The notes: generated by a model from the sequence alone, not told the origin. 64,000 bases of DNA from the human T2T-CHM13v2.0 reference genome, Homo sapiens (GCF_009914755.1 NC_060932.1); one strand, 5' to 3'; positions 12,250 through 27,307 are shown, counted from the stretch's first letter. Translations and numbers: made by a program.

Positions 12250-15200
12250 TCATAGATTGGATTGGATAGAATACCTCTCAGAAGAGTTGAAATTTGAGCA
12301 AAAAATCTTGTTAAAGTGACGGTGTGATCCATACATAATCCAGATCTAGAGTGTTCCAGGAAGAGGAAACATTAAAGGCAAGTTTTTTAAAGAGGTGCTC
12401 TATGTGGAACATTATATGAATAACAATGAGACTAATGCTACAAGAGTACAAGGAGAGTAGAAAGGAAGGATGTCATGCTAAGCAGTTTGAACTTACTTTA
12501 CATGTTAAGAGAAGTCAATGAGGAACTTTGAGAAGAAAAGTGACGTCAGATTTATGTTTTATATAAATCTCTACCTAAACATGAATTTGGAATATATTGG
12601 AAAGGCAGAGCCATTGTGATTTACTGATAAATTGTAAATGAATCATAAGGGCAAAAGAGAAGTCAAAGATGAATGCAGGATTTTAGCATGAGGAACTGCA
12701 AGAATGGAGTGTCGTTTACTGAAATTCATAGAAGAGAGTTGATGGAAGGATATTATTTGTTTGATTTTTTATGCTATTTTAAAAATGGCTATTATACATC
12801 CAAGTCAAAAGCTTATTCTATAGGCATTTGGCTATATAATATCTAAAAATGAGCCTAGAGCTATTAATTTAAAAGTTATTAGGAAATATATTTTCAAACT
12901 GTGGACTAGATGATATCATCTAGAAAGTGGCTGTAATAATGTTGATAAGAGGTCCAAATACTAATCCTTTAAAAACAAAATGTACAGGTTGTAGAGCTGA
13001 AAAAGGCTCACCAAAGAATTTGAGAGAGTACAGTGAAATAGAAAAGAAAGTAGAAGAGAATGGTGTTCAAAAAGCTAATAGAAGTATTTCAAGAAGGAAG
13101 GAGTGATCAATTATGTCATATAATGTAGATAAAAATAAGAACTGAAAGTTTGTCGTAGGATTTGGCAATTAGGAATTATTGATCATCTTGGAAAGAATGG
13201 TTTTGGTGGCATAGTAGAAATAAAGCCTGAGCCACAGGATTCCAGGCACAAGAGAAAATGGAGAAGCAGAGACTCTGGATGTAGGCATTTCTTTCTAGGA
13301 ACATTAGTCTATAATGGAACATAAAAATGAAGTAGACATTGAATTGGAGCCAAAGGAGGATTTTTGTTTGGTTTTTGTTTTTGTTTCTATGAAGTAAGAT
13401 ATATTTCAGCATGTTTGTTTGCTGATGGGAATGATTCAGTTAAGAGAGAGAAAAAGTTATGAAATAGAAGAGATGCAATAAACGTAGAAATTACTTAAAT
13501 CTATTGGAGTTGAAAAGAATAATAATTTAATTTATTATAGGCCCCAATTTTTCACCCCTCTCCTTCATTACACCATTTTGTGCTTTAGTTCATTACACTA
13601 GAGGGGAAGAGAATAGTTCTGTATGTCTTGAACTTGTGCTTGGCCATGTGACTTGCTTTGATCGGTAAAATGAGACAGAAGTGACAGATTGAAATTGCCT
13701 ACCTCTGGAGGCCTTCTGTGTTTCTATTTTTTTTTTTTTTTTGCTTTTGTTTTTTCAAGGCTCTACCATTAAAAAAAAGAAATACCCGATGTGTATCTTT
13801 TGCATTCTTAGTCAATGCCTCAGAATTAACCCAAATGGAGCTGACCTGGTACCAAACCTCAGCAAAGAATTGAGTCCAGATAGACTCGTTTGAAGCAAAG
13901 CCTACATCAGCCAAGCCACAGCATATGTGTAGATTCATGAGTGATAATAATAAAACTGTTGTCTTTAGCTATACATTTTGGAGTGATTTATTACACGGGA
14001 AAAGCTAACTGATACAAGATCTATCATAAAAAAGATGTTGGCTTTAGGAAAAAGTATGAATAGTTTACCTATTGTAACAGAAGGACACACAGATTGCATG
14101 GGTTTAGATTTTGAAGATGGTCTGGTAAGTTAGTTGTAAAAATCATCTTCTGAAAAACCTCTGTTTTCTTGGTGATATAAAAAGCAAGAGTGAGGGAGTA
14201 AAGTGCCATTTAAAGAAATAAGAGAAAGCATGAAATATTACCCTTGAATAGAAGGGTGAATTGACTGGAGAAATGTACTTATGTTTTCAAGAAATACTGA
14301 GAGTGCAATTAAATTTTCTGGCCACAAATTTAAAGTAAGCATGGTTGTGTGTTTTTCTTCATTTACCTTCAGCTGATTTGATGCAGATCAGGGAGTTACC
14401 AGGGTTTCCAGTTCAGTACTTCAGACAGAAAAAAAAATGGGGGCTGATGCAAGGTAAAGATTATTATAGACCATGGAATCGAAGCCAAGTAATCAGAGAA
14501 TTGAAGACAAGAAAGTGATGATGCAGAGTAGCAAAGAATATATTTAGTATACTGAAGTTACCATTGAGGTCAATAAATAATTGTCCTCCAAATACTAAAG
14601 TAAATAAATTTCAAATATAGTAAGTGGTTACCAGAGAGTGGAGGCTTAAAAATAAAAGTTTGGAGATGTTGCAGTTATTACAAGTGAAAAGGTATAGGAA
14701 ATGATCAAGAAGATTGATACCAGAGAAGCATAGCAAACAAGATAATTAGATGTAGAAGAAAAGCAAGAATTAATTATTGAGAGAGGAAAAAGAAGAAAAA
14801 AACAGCAGTGAGTCAAATGCTAAAACTCTAGCGAATGGAGAAAAATGACCAGGTTTATAAATGACTAAAATAAGGAAATGGCCATATAAACCAAGAGCTA
14901 TGTTTCAAAACAGTTGGGGTTTAAAGGAAGAGGAAAGAATGACAGTTCTGTATTGTTCCTGAGGACAAAGAAACACATTTAACCCTCTCTAAACTTTTAG
15001 TAGCACATGGGGTATAGGAAAATAACAGCCATCCTTTTAGAGACTACAGTGAAAACACTGTCATTATCAGATATTCAGATTTCACATAGCAAAATAAACC
15101 AAGGAAAAAATCACAGCTATAAACTATTGCAATTTTACTGATGACAAACACAAAATTCCAAAGGATAGTAAAAGTTCGGGGGGAGTAGGAGTGGGATTAA

Positions 15201-15300
15201 GAATGAGTAGATTAGATCTGATAAGGACATATTCAGAGCTGAATGGAGGTAAGATTACAGATGAAGGATATTTGAATTACCTCTGAAAACTAAAGAAAAC
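12250..15300 (-). mobile_element. Degraded L2 LINE, interrupted by an MLT1
   Basis: Purine-rich tract with antisense L2 motifs (gtgttccaggaagaggaaac, gtcaaagatga, tttcaagaaggaaggagtgatcaa); bounds uncertain. Confidence 0.55.
13515..14015 (+). mobile_element. MLT1 (H/I/J-like) LTR
   Basis: ttggccatgtgacttgctttg core and ...tattacac...gctaactgataca 3' terminus. Confidence 0.7.
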
Positions 15301-17015
15301 AGGAATATAGGCATGACAGGATTAGTCCTGAGTAATAGCAAACACTTGCCTTTAATATTGTGCCAGCTCAGGTAGGCATTTCTCAATAGACTTCCAGCTC
15401 TCACCAATATGATGAAAATCTCAGGACTCAGAAAAGAAGTAAAGAGTGACATAATCAAAATGATCATTCCAACATATCATCTTCTTTTTGGAAAGTAGCA
15501 CGAAAGTCCACCTATTAATATACCTTGATAATGAAACAATAAGTAAGATTTCTATCCCAGTAATAAATAAGTGAAGTTTTTGCCTTTCTCAAAAATTAAA
15601 GCAGTATTCAAATGTGACTCAAAATAGCAGCTTTTAGAAGAAAGAATCAGTAAGCATTTTTGCAATGGTAACTTATATTCAATAATGACAAACCTAAGTC
15701 TCTTAAATAATTTTTAATCGATTTGTATTTGATAACCCATTTTTCCTATCAAAACCTAACATTAACCTAAATATTTAAATTAATCAGGTTAATGTATAGT
15801 CTATACCTTTAAATAAAATGTTGTATTTTATTTTCATTTGTAATGTACCCATCATGCTATTTAATATATAAACAACAATAATAAAGGGTGACAATGAAGT
15901 AATTGAGGAGAAAATAATTTCCTTTTGAAAGCAATTCTCTTATAAATATCAGCCATAAGGCATTTAATTACTATTTATAATGCTTTGAAAATAATGTAGA
16001 ATAACATGTTTCCTCAGAATGCCAAGAAATTGGCTTTCAAAACTGGGAAAATCAGTTGTGAAAAACAAATACTTTTAATCTTTTGATATACTCTGGGTAG
16101 TGGTCTGAGAATAATTTTACTATTGAGACTGTCTAAGCAAATAGTGTTTTTCAACAAAATAAATGACTAATAAACAATCTGGGCATTTTTAGTGACAATT
16201 ACAAAGCTTAAAATGAGATATGCAAATAAGCAATGATCCTATAAATTGATTGTTTTATTTCCTCTCTTCTGAATCAATAAATTCAGATAAATAATGAACT
16301 GCAAAAATAAGAAATAAAATAATCCTATTTTAGTAGGGTCTTCCATTTTTAGAAGTCACACTTTAAATACCATCTTTTTATTAAAAGCAGAATCTCTCAG
16401 CCAATTCTGCCTCATCTAAATTTGTTTTCATCTAACATACTAGAAAGTGAAGAAGTCAACCATATTGATAGTGTTCCAACATCATACAGACAAGTATCTC
16501 CCAAATTAAAAAAGTATATAGAAAGGCAAAATTTTGAATAATTGAATAATTTTGAATAATTATATAGTCTTTCTTAGGTAGTCAATAATGATTTGAAAAT
16601 TAATTTGATAAATTGTGAAATTAAAATCATGTTTAAAATTATACAAAGTATAACAGTTGGTCTTTTAGAAAACATTAGACTGATTGGAGGTTGAATGGTG
16701 TAAAAAAAAAATCAAATTAGTGGCCAGACAAGTCTTGGCTAAAATCCTGGTTATTTTACTTACCAACATTTTATTTTTAGGCAATTTATTATACATATTC
16801 TCTTTATTATAAAGGAGCAGGAGCTGTCTTGTACTATTGCAGTGAACATAGTGGATTATATTTTGGACACAGGTACTTCGGATAGTGGCATCCAGAGGTC
16901 ACTCAGTAAACAATAAAATACAGCTTGGTTTGTCTTGTCAGGGAAATGTTTGTTTTGTCAGGAAAATGAAGAACAACAGAAATACAATGAAAATGAAATA
17001 CAATAGAAGGGATGT

Positions 17016-17500
17016 TGTATTAGAGTTCTCCAGAAAAACAGAACCAGCAAGATATGACATATATATGTTATATATTATATATAAAGATTTATTAAGAAAT
17101 TGGCTCATGTGATTATGAAGGCTAGAAGGATGTCCAAATCTGTAATATGGGCCAGTAGGCTCTAGGACCAGGAGAGCTGTTTGTGAAGTTCCAGTCCAAA
17201 GGCTGGCAGCCTGAAGGCCTAAGATAGCTGATATGGCCGATAAAGTTATATTTTCAAAGGCAGTCTACTGAAAAACATGTTCACCTACTCAGGTGAAGGA
17301 TGATCTTTTTGCTTTATTCAGGCCTCCAACTGACTGGATGAGGCCCATCCACATAATGAAAAGCAATCTGCTTTAATCTGCCAATTAAAATATTAACCTC
17401 CTCCAAAAACACCCTCACAGAAACACCCAGAATAGTGTTTGACCAAATATCTGGGTACCCTGTCGCTCAGTCAAGAGGACACATAAAATTAACCATCACA
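17016..17500 (-). mobile_element. MLT2 (ERVL) solo LTR
   Basis: tgtattagagttctccagaaaaacagaacc...acataaaattaaccatcaca with perfect 5-bp TSD GATGT on both sides. Confidence 0.92.
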
Positions 17501-19026
17501 GATGTCATGGACCACATTAAAAAATTGATAAGCCACATTTGTTCTCTGTAAATAGCCAGAAGGCCAAATAGGGAGAACTAAATAAAGCCTGGGACATCAA
17601 ACGAACAAACAAATAAGCAAAAACTGCTATATGTCATGGTTTGGTCTCTGATAATTGTTTCGTTCTTCAGCATATAATACAAAACATTATTCTTGAGTTC
17701 TTGGGGATAATACATTGGAAATTCATTATTACAACAAATATTTAATTAGTATCCACTATATACAAAATACAGTTTTAGGCACTTGCCATAGAGTACTGAG
17801 TAATCTGGAAAATACTCCTCCTGTCTTTCATATCACACTTGGGAAAAGACAATAAAGAAATAAATATATGTATGTATGCTATGCAAAGGCCATTTAGACC
17901 AGTTACACTAAACTGAATACAAATTCTAGCAGAACGAAATAAAAAGTGCAATAAAAGTTACATTACAGAGGAGCAGAATGGCAGTTCCTGACAACATTTT
18001 TCATACGTGGGGCCAAAGGAGAAAGAAGTCAAAGAAGGCCCGAGGTGATTAGCCCAGCAATTGCAAGAGTAAAGTTGAAATTGATGGCAACAACTACTTT
18101 TGATGCTATGAAGATAAAGGGTATTGTTGTTCATTCTTACAGGATAAAATATTATAACTTTAAAGGGCAAAAAACACTCTCCTCGTACTTCACATAATAA
18201 AATTAATGCAATGCCATTTAGCTCTTGTACTTTAAACTAAGTAATAATTATTACTTGGTTTTTTGAATAATTTTTAAAGGCTAGAATTAAAATAATTTAA
18301 TTATTTGGTATGAAATTCACCAACACAAGATTAAAAGTTCATGCATTTTAAATCCTAAGTCTCAAAACAATACAATTTTTGTAAAAATGCTATGAAAAAA
18401 ATCTTTAAATTATTATTCCTAAATATTTGAAATGTAAAAATATTCTTTTATTGCAGAATTCTCTTATCTAATGTTGATTTTCTATTTATTACAACTGAAC
18501 CTTTATATAAATGTATATAGATTAATTCATCAGTAGAAACTTAAATTACTTAAATGACAGTAATTGAAGTGTTCTTTCACCTTGGAGTGTGTTGTTTATT
18601 TCCTTTACCTATTATACACCTGTGAATCAATAACTGTCTAATCACAGGGGGAAAGTAGTTCATTTTATTCTCTAGCTTTATTTATGACAGTTTACTTGGC
18701 CAAAGACATTTTATCCATCTGGGCATTAGCTGCTAAGAATTCTTGCCTCCAGGTTATTCTCTTTCTCCCTAAATCATAAGAATATAAGAAAATAAATGTT
18801 AAAAATGGAAATAAAATGATAAAGTAAATCATATTTTTCCTTTGATATCAGGGTTATTTGTTTTTACTTTCATGCTAGTGAAGAAAGCAAAGACAGTCTC
18901 ATTTTCAGCTTCAGTTTAGTGTTAATTCCTAATTGTCCTGCCACATTGTTTAAGTGTATCTCTGTTGAATTAGGGTATAAAAATTTCCAGACATGTCGGT
19001 TGTATTTACAGTATTAATAATAGTAT

Positions 19027-19628
19027 TGATATAGGAGTTAAGAAGAAATCACTTAGGCAGATAGTAAGGGTATGGGAGTCCTCAGTATGGCTTTTCTTTC
19101 TAATGAAAAGTAGCCCCAAATCATTTTCCAACAAAAAGCAGCCTGTAAAGTCAAGCTGCCCACATGAAAAGCAGGCTAGGAGCTTGCACGAGTGAATGCC
19201 AGCAGGAACTATGGACTAGACATATTCAAAACGGTGGTTCCGTCTTCCTTTCTCTTTGTCAGCCAGGTATGAAGTAAGGAGTAGACAAGATGGCATGGAT
19301 CAACTGGAAAGCTCATTTGCATAATAAGAATAAAGTGGGGTGCTCAGCCTTCCCCAAGCACTATGTAAACATCATACCTGATAGAACCAATCTGTGAGCC
19401 CCATGTAAATCAGACACCGCCTCCTCAAATCTGACTATAAAACTGGATGCATGCCAGCATTCCAGTCCCTTCCCCTTGAAGACCCCTTTCTCTATGAAGA
19501 GAGCTGTTTCTCTTCTCTTCTGCCTGTTAAATCACCCTTCTTAAACTCCTGTGTGTCCCTGTCCTAAATTTTCCTGGCACTTGATGACGAACCCCAGGGT
19601 ATATACCCCAGACAATATAGATGCTTCA
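19027..19628 (+). mobile_element. LTR9-family (ERV1, HUERS-P3 group) solo LTR
   Basis: tgatataggagttaagaagaaatcacttaggcagatag start, ...gcttca end, 4-bp TSD GTAT; subfamily from recall. Confidence 0.8.
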
Positions 19629-21529
19629 GTATCACTGTTTTTCTGAATTTTTTGAAACATGAAAAACATGCATAAACTTTTATTTTATTGTTAAAAAATT
19701 ATATCAAACACTGGATTCTACAAACTGAGTTAAACATAGGCTTCTTTTAGATGTTTTTGTTCTAACATTTAAAAAGGAGTATATGTCATATAACTAACAG
19801 TATATGTTAAATAAACAATTAGTTTAATTAAAACAGAGGCATATATGCTATACAAATATTTGATTGGATTAAAGAAAATGGGTTACAACTAATTAACATA
19901 TTATCTGTAAATGTTTAACATTTTTGATATACCACATGAACTAAGAACAAAAAACATGACAATGGTAGATAAGTATATTTATAATTCAAAGGCAGTTCAT
20001 GATTATACATGAAGGGTCTAATCTGAATGTATACTCAAACATATAAGTTTACCACTACTTAATTGTATTTTTATTTTTAAAAAGATATAAACACAAATGA
20101 GAGGGAGACGTTTCACTGGTCAGAAGGAAAATAAGACCTCTGAATTTTAACACATATGTAATAGAACCAAATGTAAAATTCAGCTTAGGTCGATTTGCAT
20201 TATGTCTCTAATATTTCTGCTGTGTTCCCTTCTCACATTGACTCTAAGCTTGGTGGTGTTTTGCCAATGGAACATCAGCAAAGTGGTGCAAGCGGAACTT
20301 GGTAAATCCTTTTGCACTGGGGCTTGCCCTGTTGGAACTCTGCTGCCACCATGTGACAAAATCTGGTCTAACATCTTTCAGAATGAAAGATTATATACAT
20401 TGAGAGATTTATGGGAAGCTGTTGCTTCTGTGCTACTGTGGCCTCTGTGGAAACACAGCCAAGCATCTGGTAGCTGGTCTGAGGTCATTCTATGTCAAGA
20501 GGGCCAGCAGTAAGGACAAAGTCGGTGCAGAAAGTAGGAGAGTGATGGAATCTACCAGGCATCTCTGATTCTATCCATTGCCACTTCATCTGAGTATGAA
20601 AAGACCTCCAGAGAGTAATAACCCAGCTTCAGCTCTTGTGCACATTTCCTCTCTACTGCAGAAGCATTACAATTGATGCTGAGAAATATGTTTCCCAGTT
20701 TAACCAAGTTATCCATCAAGTTGTATACCACAGTCCATCTTAACATGGCATCCATAAATACTACTTTTAATCATATTTAACTCCCCCATAAAATAATAGT
20801 AAAATTATGTTTTATCTATCATGATACTACTTGTATTATTGCAAACACATCAATCTTCTCTCCAAAGGTAGATACACAAGTCCCACAAGGTCCTTAATTC
20901 ATCTTGTAATGATGAGTTCACATTTCACTTTTGATATCTGTATGTTAGGTACAGATATGTAAGATAAACAACAATTAGAACATCTACATAAGAAAATAAA
21001 TGAATGTTATATCATAGTAATAATTGGTATACATTTTTATGACTATATAAGATATTGAATGAATATTTTCAGTTTAGTTTTCCATGGAACTGAAAATTTG
21101 CTCATAATTACTACAATCTCCAGTTAGGTTCAGTCAGAGGAATATGGGCTAGCCATATGCCATATGGATTATACCTTTCATGATTGTTTGTGTAGCTGGT
21201 AAGGGTCTAGAAATGGGAAATGGAGGATCATAAAGGCATCTCCAATCATCATCCTGAAAAACAAAGTCTTCCAATTATTAAGAGAGAATAAGGAATGGTG
21301 CTATGTAGTATAGTCTGTGGGAAATTGTTGCCTCTCTGTAGGTATGGAGAAGGCATCTGGCAATGTACCTGAGGTTGCTACAATCCCAACAGATACAAAA
21401 ACTGGGCATGAAATCAATGAAGATTGAGGACAAGCTGGAACTCACAGATTGTATATGTCTGACGCTACATCTTTAGTGGAAGACATCATGCACAACCAAC
21501 ATGTCCCTTCTGGACATATCCCTCTGGTT

Positions 21530-24030
21530 GTTGTAGAGAGTAGTGTTGATAGACAGCCCTTAGCTGTCAGCCCTCTCTACGAATTCCCCTAAGCTGAAAA
21601 AAGCCACCTTGCAAAAAGTCATACTCTGACCAGGGACAATCTTATTTAGCAACCTGTCTGTATAAAGATACAAGCCTATGTTCCTTTCACTCTAACTAGA
21701 ACAACTCTAAAAAGCCTAGCTTCAAACATCCCCAAGAAGTTGGCTGAAAATTTTGAGAGCGGATAATAGCCTACCTTCTCTCTTTGCATAATCTTGCTTC
21801 CTTCCCTTCATGCTAACCTCCTTCTTAGAGTCTGTTTCCTGGAGTCTTGATTGGTACCAGAAGAAGGGTCAGAATAATAAGCAGTAAAATTGGATGTTGG
21901 AGCTGGATCACCTCCCAATCTGCTGATAATCAGGAATCCATTACTTTAAGGAGTGGAGGGCAGACAGCCCCAGCATGCTGTGGCAGGGAATCTATTAAAA
22001 CTTCTACACATCATGAACTGTTATGCTACATTAAAAAAGCACATGCACTAGTGCAGAAGTTAGCAAACTCTAGCCCACTATCTGTTGTACAAAAAATGTT
22101 TTATTGAAACACAGCCACATATTGTCTACAACTGCTGTCAGGCTGCAACTGCAGATTGGACTGATTGCTACAGACACTGTGATGCCCGTAGAGTCTAAAC
22201 TGTTTACTGTCTGGCCCTTTACAGAAAAACTATGCTGATCCATGAATTAGTGAATGAGATTTAGTAGGCATTACATAAATATGGCAGAAATAATAATTAT
22301 AAGGATAATAAAATTGGATAGCTGTTGCTGGGGTTAGTTGATGCTTGAGAGAAAGACAGTGTAAAACTCCTCAATTAATAGCTATGTGTGAAAGCCAGAG
22401 GGACTTTTATTGGCAGTATACAAAGAGATATCAATTCCTTGTTGATGGAGAGCTGAGCAAGCTAGGGATCAGGAGCAAAATTCAATTATAAAGAGTAACA
22501 GAGTGCCAGAGAGCATTAAATTGTTACTATAAGCAGGTCCGTTCTACCAAGATCAGCGCCCTGATTGGAAAATAATGGGACCATCAGAATGGGATAGAGA
22601 TGTCTCGGTTAATATACTTAAAAATCTTGAATTCTTATATGCTTCCAAGTCCTCTAAGCCTAGAGAAGGGTTTACTCCACTATCTAAAGGACTTTACAAT
22701 GATGCAGTCACCTTCTTTGTGCAGGACAGCAGCACACCCTCACTCTACCAGAATCTGCTCTCACTTTTCTTTCTGACTACCATATTAATAATTAGAATTA
22801 AATCACAGAATTGACTGATGGAGAAAGTTCTTGGCCTATGAAGGAAGATAAGGGATAATTATTGACCTGAAGGAACTGTAGTGTCTAATAAACATATACC
22901 AGAAGACTCCAAGACAGTATATATAGAACTGTGTTCTGAGTATACTAGATCAAGACACGTGGCACACAAACTTGTGTGAGAAGGAGAGTTTATTGATATG
23001 GCAGCATTCTCTCAAGATAAAGGACTCAATATTCTGGCAAGGACCCTGGGACAGTGCAAAGATACCAAAAGGATGTCTCCTCAAAACTTGAGGAAGGCAA
23101 GTCTTGTTAAATGAAATAGAAAATGAAAACATTTCCAAGAATTTGGCATGCTAGAGTGAATATTCTAAGTAAACCCAAAAAACTACCAGATAACTATTTT
23201 TATGGGAATGCTGTAAGATACTCACCTCCTCCATTAAAATAGGAGACAAAATAAAAAAAGAAAGAATTTTCTTGTGAGAGTAGTAGCAGATCTAGATGGT
23301 AGAATCTTGATGCTGGCTCTTCTCTGTTGCTCATGGCTAACAGTAAAAGATACCAGAGTCACTAATAGGTTTGGCATGACAAGATTCCAAAGTAATGGAA
23401 ACCAGGTGGTAATGCTCAATCATATCAGAAACAATGAAGCACAATAATTTCATGTATAGCAAAAGTGAAGTGTCAGCTGACCTGTAGAGAACATTGAAAA
23501 TATTTAATGGAACACAATGTCTATAGAGGAAAGTTAGGTGGGCAGCCAACAAGATTGATGCTCAGTCTGTAAATCTGAAAGAAATCAGGCATTCATGATT
23601 ACCCAATTTTTTGAACTGAACGAGTTTCCTCATCTGCAGCCCAGTGACTGAGGAGTGGTAAGATTTCCAGAAGGAAGAACGTGGCAATGTCGTGTCAAAT
23701 GCATAGGTTAATGATTCCCTGAGTCTTCCTCCTGTGGGGACCTATGGAAATATATTTTACTTAAAAAATTCTGAATACAGGGCCCAAACTGACTTGACAC
23801 CTGAGGACACAAAACTTCATCATGATTCTTGTATTAGAGTGGAGAACACACTGGTCATTTTAAATCTATAAATTCAAGCTTAATAGTAGTCTCTTTTCAA
23901 TAAAAGTAAGCCCTTCCCAGAGCTGATTGATTATGAGTTCACTGAGTCAAGAATTCCATCTGGTGGTTATGTATATGGTCATTGAATATAACACTGGAAT
24001 TGATATACTTAGTAATTGCCAGATAGCATA
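21530..24030 (+). mobile_element. LTR16-like LTR plus ERVL (ERV3-16A3-like) internal remnant
   Basis: LTR16-type end (tcttgcttccttcc...agagtctgtttcctgg) followed by ttggtaccagaag and degraded gag/protease-like sequence; no intact ORF; bounds approximate. Confidence 0.6.
22054..22244 (+). mobile_element. MER58A-like hAT MITE nested in the ERVL remnant
   Basis: ttagcaaact...gttttattgaaacacagccac...tttactgtctggccctttacagaaaaa. Confidence 0.75.
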
Positions 24031-24714
24031 CGCATTAAAATTCTGTCCACTCCACTTGCAAACACTCACAAGGTCACTGTCACTATAATCCACAGGTGTA
24101 CATACAAGTGATGCATTCTGGTCCCTGGAGGATAGAATCTGAGATGTGGCTATACAAGCTCCAGAAAGTATGGTTTGGGAAGGGAATCTATTAAAATGTA
24201 TAGGGAATTCTAGAATCCCAGGTACACAGAGGAGAGTTTTAAATGGAGAGGAGCATGCTCTTCAAGTATTCACGTTTCCCTGGAGGGCACAGAAAGAGGA
24301 ATGACACAAGGGTCTTCAGATCCAAGGTTAGCCCAGGGACTTCTTACCGTTCTCTAAGGACAGTAATGGTGGGGAGGAGAAACATAAACTTTACAGTGGC
24401 CTTGAAACTGCCTGTCTCCATTGATTCTGGTGAGAGAAACGTCAAAATGCCTCACACAAAATGTAGCACTGACATATTTATTTTAGCTTGATGGTACATT
24501 TTGATATATGTTAGGAACCCTCCCATTCTTAACTATTATTTTCTAAATTATCTGGTATGTTATTGAAACTTTTCTTTGCCATCTGGATATTTAGAACTAT
24601 AGATCAATTTCCAAGTTTTTAGATTTTGACTGAACTTTCATTTAATTTATAGATGGAAGAAAATTTATATCATTATGATAGTAAATCTTGTCCACGAACA
24701 TAACAAGAACGTAA

Positions 24715-25065
<351 letters not shown>

Positions 25066-25217
25066 TGATCCTTCACGTACTGCTGAGGAAAATGGGAATT
25101 GCTGCTCGCATTAACAAGAGCAATTTGACAATGCCAAGAATCATTTTCTTTGGTTATCTTAGATACATCATAGAAACGGAAAGTAGAATGGTGACTTTCA
25201 GGTGCTGAGGAAGTGGG

Positions 25218-25986
25218 TATGTTAGGCCTTTTCTGTGTTGCTACAAGTGCCTGAAACTAGGTAATTTATAAAGAAATAGGTTTAGTTGGCTCACAGTTCT
25301 GCATGCTGTACAATGTGGAATTACTAAATCAAACTAATGATTATATCCATTAGAGCACATTTTTTATAATGAGAAGATAGTTCTAATTTAGATTAAATTG
25401 TAATTAAATTAATTAAAACTTCTTCCTAAAACCAAAGGACAGATGACAATGAGACAATGCTTTTTAGACTTTACGAGTCTAAATTCAAAAAGGTTGTGAT
25501 GCCCTAAATGATACATAGCTGAATTGTTTCTGGGAAAAGTACAGTTAGTTATTCTAAGAGGTACAGTCATTCAGGAAATATATCATTTAGCCATGTTCTA
25601 AAAAAATTTACTTAAATTTAATGTTGGTGCAAATTAAAACTGTATAGCACCGTCCTTGTCTCTCTATTGCTCCCACTCTTGCCATGTAGATGCCTACTTT
25701 CCCTTCACCTTCTGCCATGATTGGAAGCTTCCTAAGGCCTTCACCAGAAGCAGATGCCAGCACCACACTTCTTGTACAGCATGCAGAACTGTGAGCCAAC
25801 TAAACCTATACAGTTTTAAATAACCAGATCTCATGAGAAAAAATTCATTGCCATGGGGACAGCACCAAGACATACATGAAGACTCTGCCCCCATGACCCA
25901 ATCACCTCCCAGCAGACCCCACCTCCAACACTGGGGATGACATTTCAACATGAGATTTGGAGGGGACAAACATCCAAACTCTCTCA
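25218..25986 (-). mobile_element. MSTA/B LTR, internally rearranged, inside an L1MB 3' fragment
   Basis: MST segments at 25218-25313 (-), 25634-25809 (inverted) and 25806-25986 (-); collinear L1M 3'UTR on both flanks. Confidence 0.88.
25313..25636 (-). repeat. 324-bp inverted copy of 27308-27631
   Basis: Reverse complement alignment by eye gives 322/324 identity. Confidence 0.97.
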
Positions 25987-26260
25987 GGGGAAATTGGGAG
26001 TTGCTCTTCAACAGGTATAAAGTTTCTGTTATGTAAGAGGAGTAAGTTCTAGAGATTTGCTGCACAACATTATGCCTATAATTAAAATTATTGTATTGTG
26101 CACTTTTAAAGTTGAGGGTAGATCTTATGTTTTGTTCTTACCATAATAACAGTGAGTTGATTGACTAATAATTAAAATAAATGATTAAAGATGCGAAAAT
26201 CACATTACCCAGGATTTCTAACATACAAACATGAGACAGGTAAAAAGACTTTCTATTTAA

Positions 26261-26568
<308 letters not shown>

Positions 26569-27307
26569 TTAAGAGTAAATATTGAAAACGAATTATACAT
26601 AAATATGGAAATACATAACTATTGTAATTTGTACATAAACTGCCAATAAAAATTAATAAACTCGATTTAGCTGTATTGGTATAAAACTTGGTTGAAAAAC
26701 TCGTATCGGGGAAAGAATATTTGCAAACCACTTACCCAACAAAGGACTTGTATCTACTTTTATTTTAAAAAGAACAAAATAAACTCAACATTCACAAATC
26801 ACATTTTACATAAAATCTGATTTTGACATTTTTAATAAAATTAGAAGATTTGGAAACACTACCTACAATCTTTCCTGACAAATTTGAGTATATTCAAAAT
26901 TCAGCTGCTATTTTATCTGTTGTGTATGTTTTATTAGTTGTATTTATTTATTTTTGCCTGCAAAGATATATTTTGGGATAGGTTGCTGTTTCATAAAAAG
27001 TACATGTTCTTCAGGTTGCTAGGGTGATGACCATTCCTGATTATTTCGTATACTTGGAGCTTTATAACTTTTTTACACAATCCTTTGCCTAGAGGCGAAT
27101 TCTTTTAGACCCTACTGACAAAATCGGGCTTTTAACATGGACATCAAGATAATGAAGCACAAGTTTCCATGTCTCTTTGGGTCCAATAATTAGAAAAGCT
27201 GATGACCTAGATTGGGGGCTTTTCTATAGCTGTCATTTCATCTAGCCCATTCTACCTGATTATAGCTTTCTAAGTCTTGTGAGATGTCTAATGCTCTGAT
27301 TCTTTTC

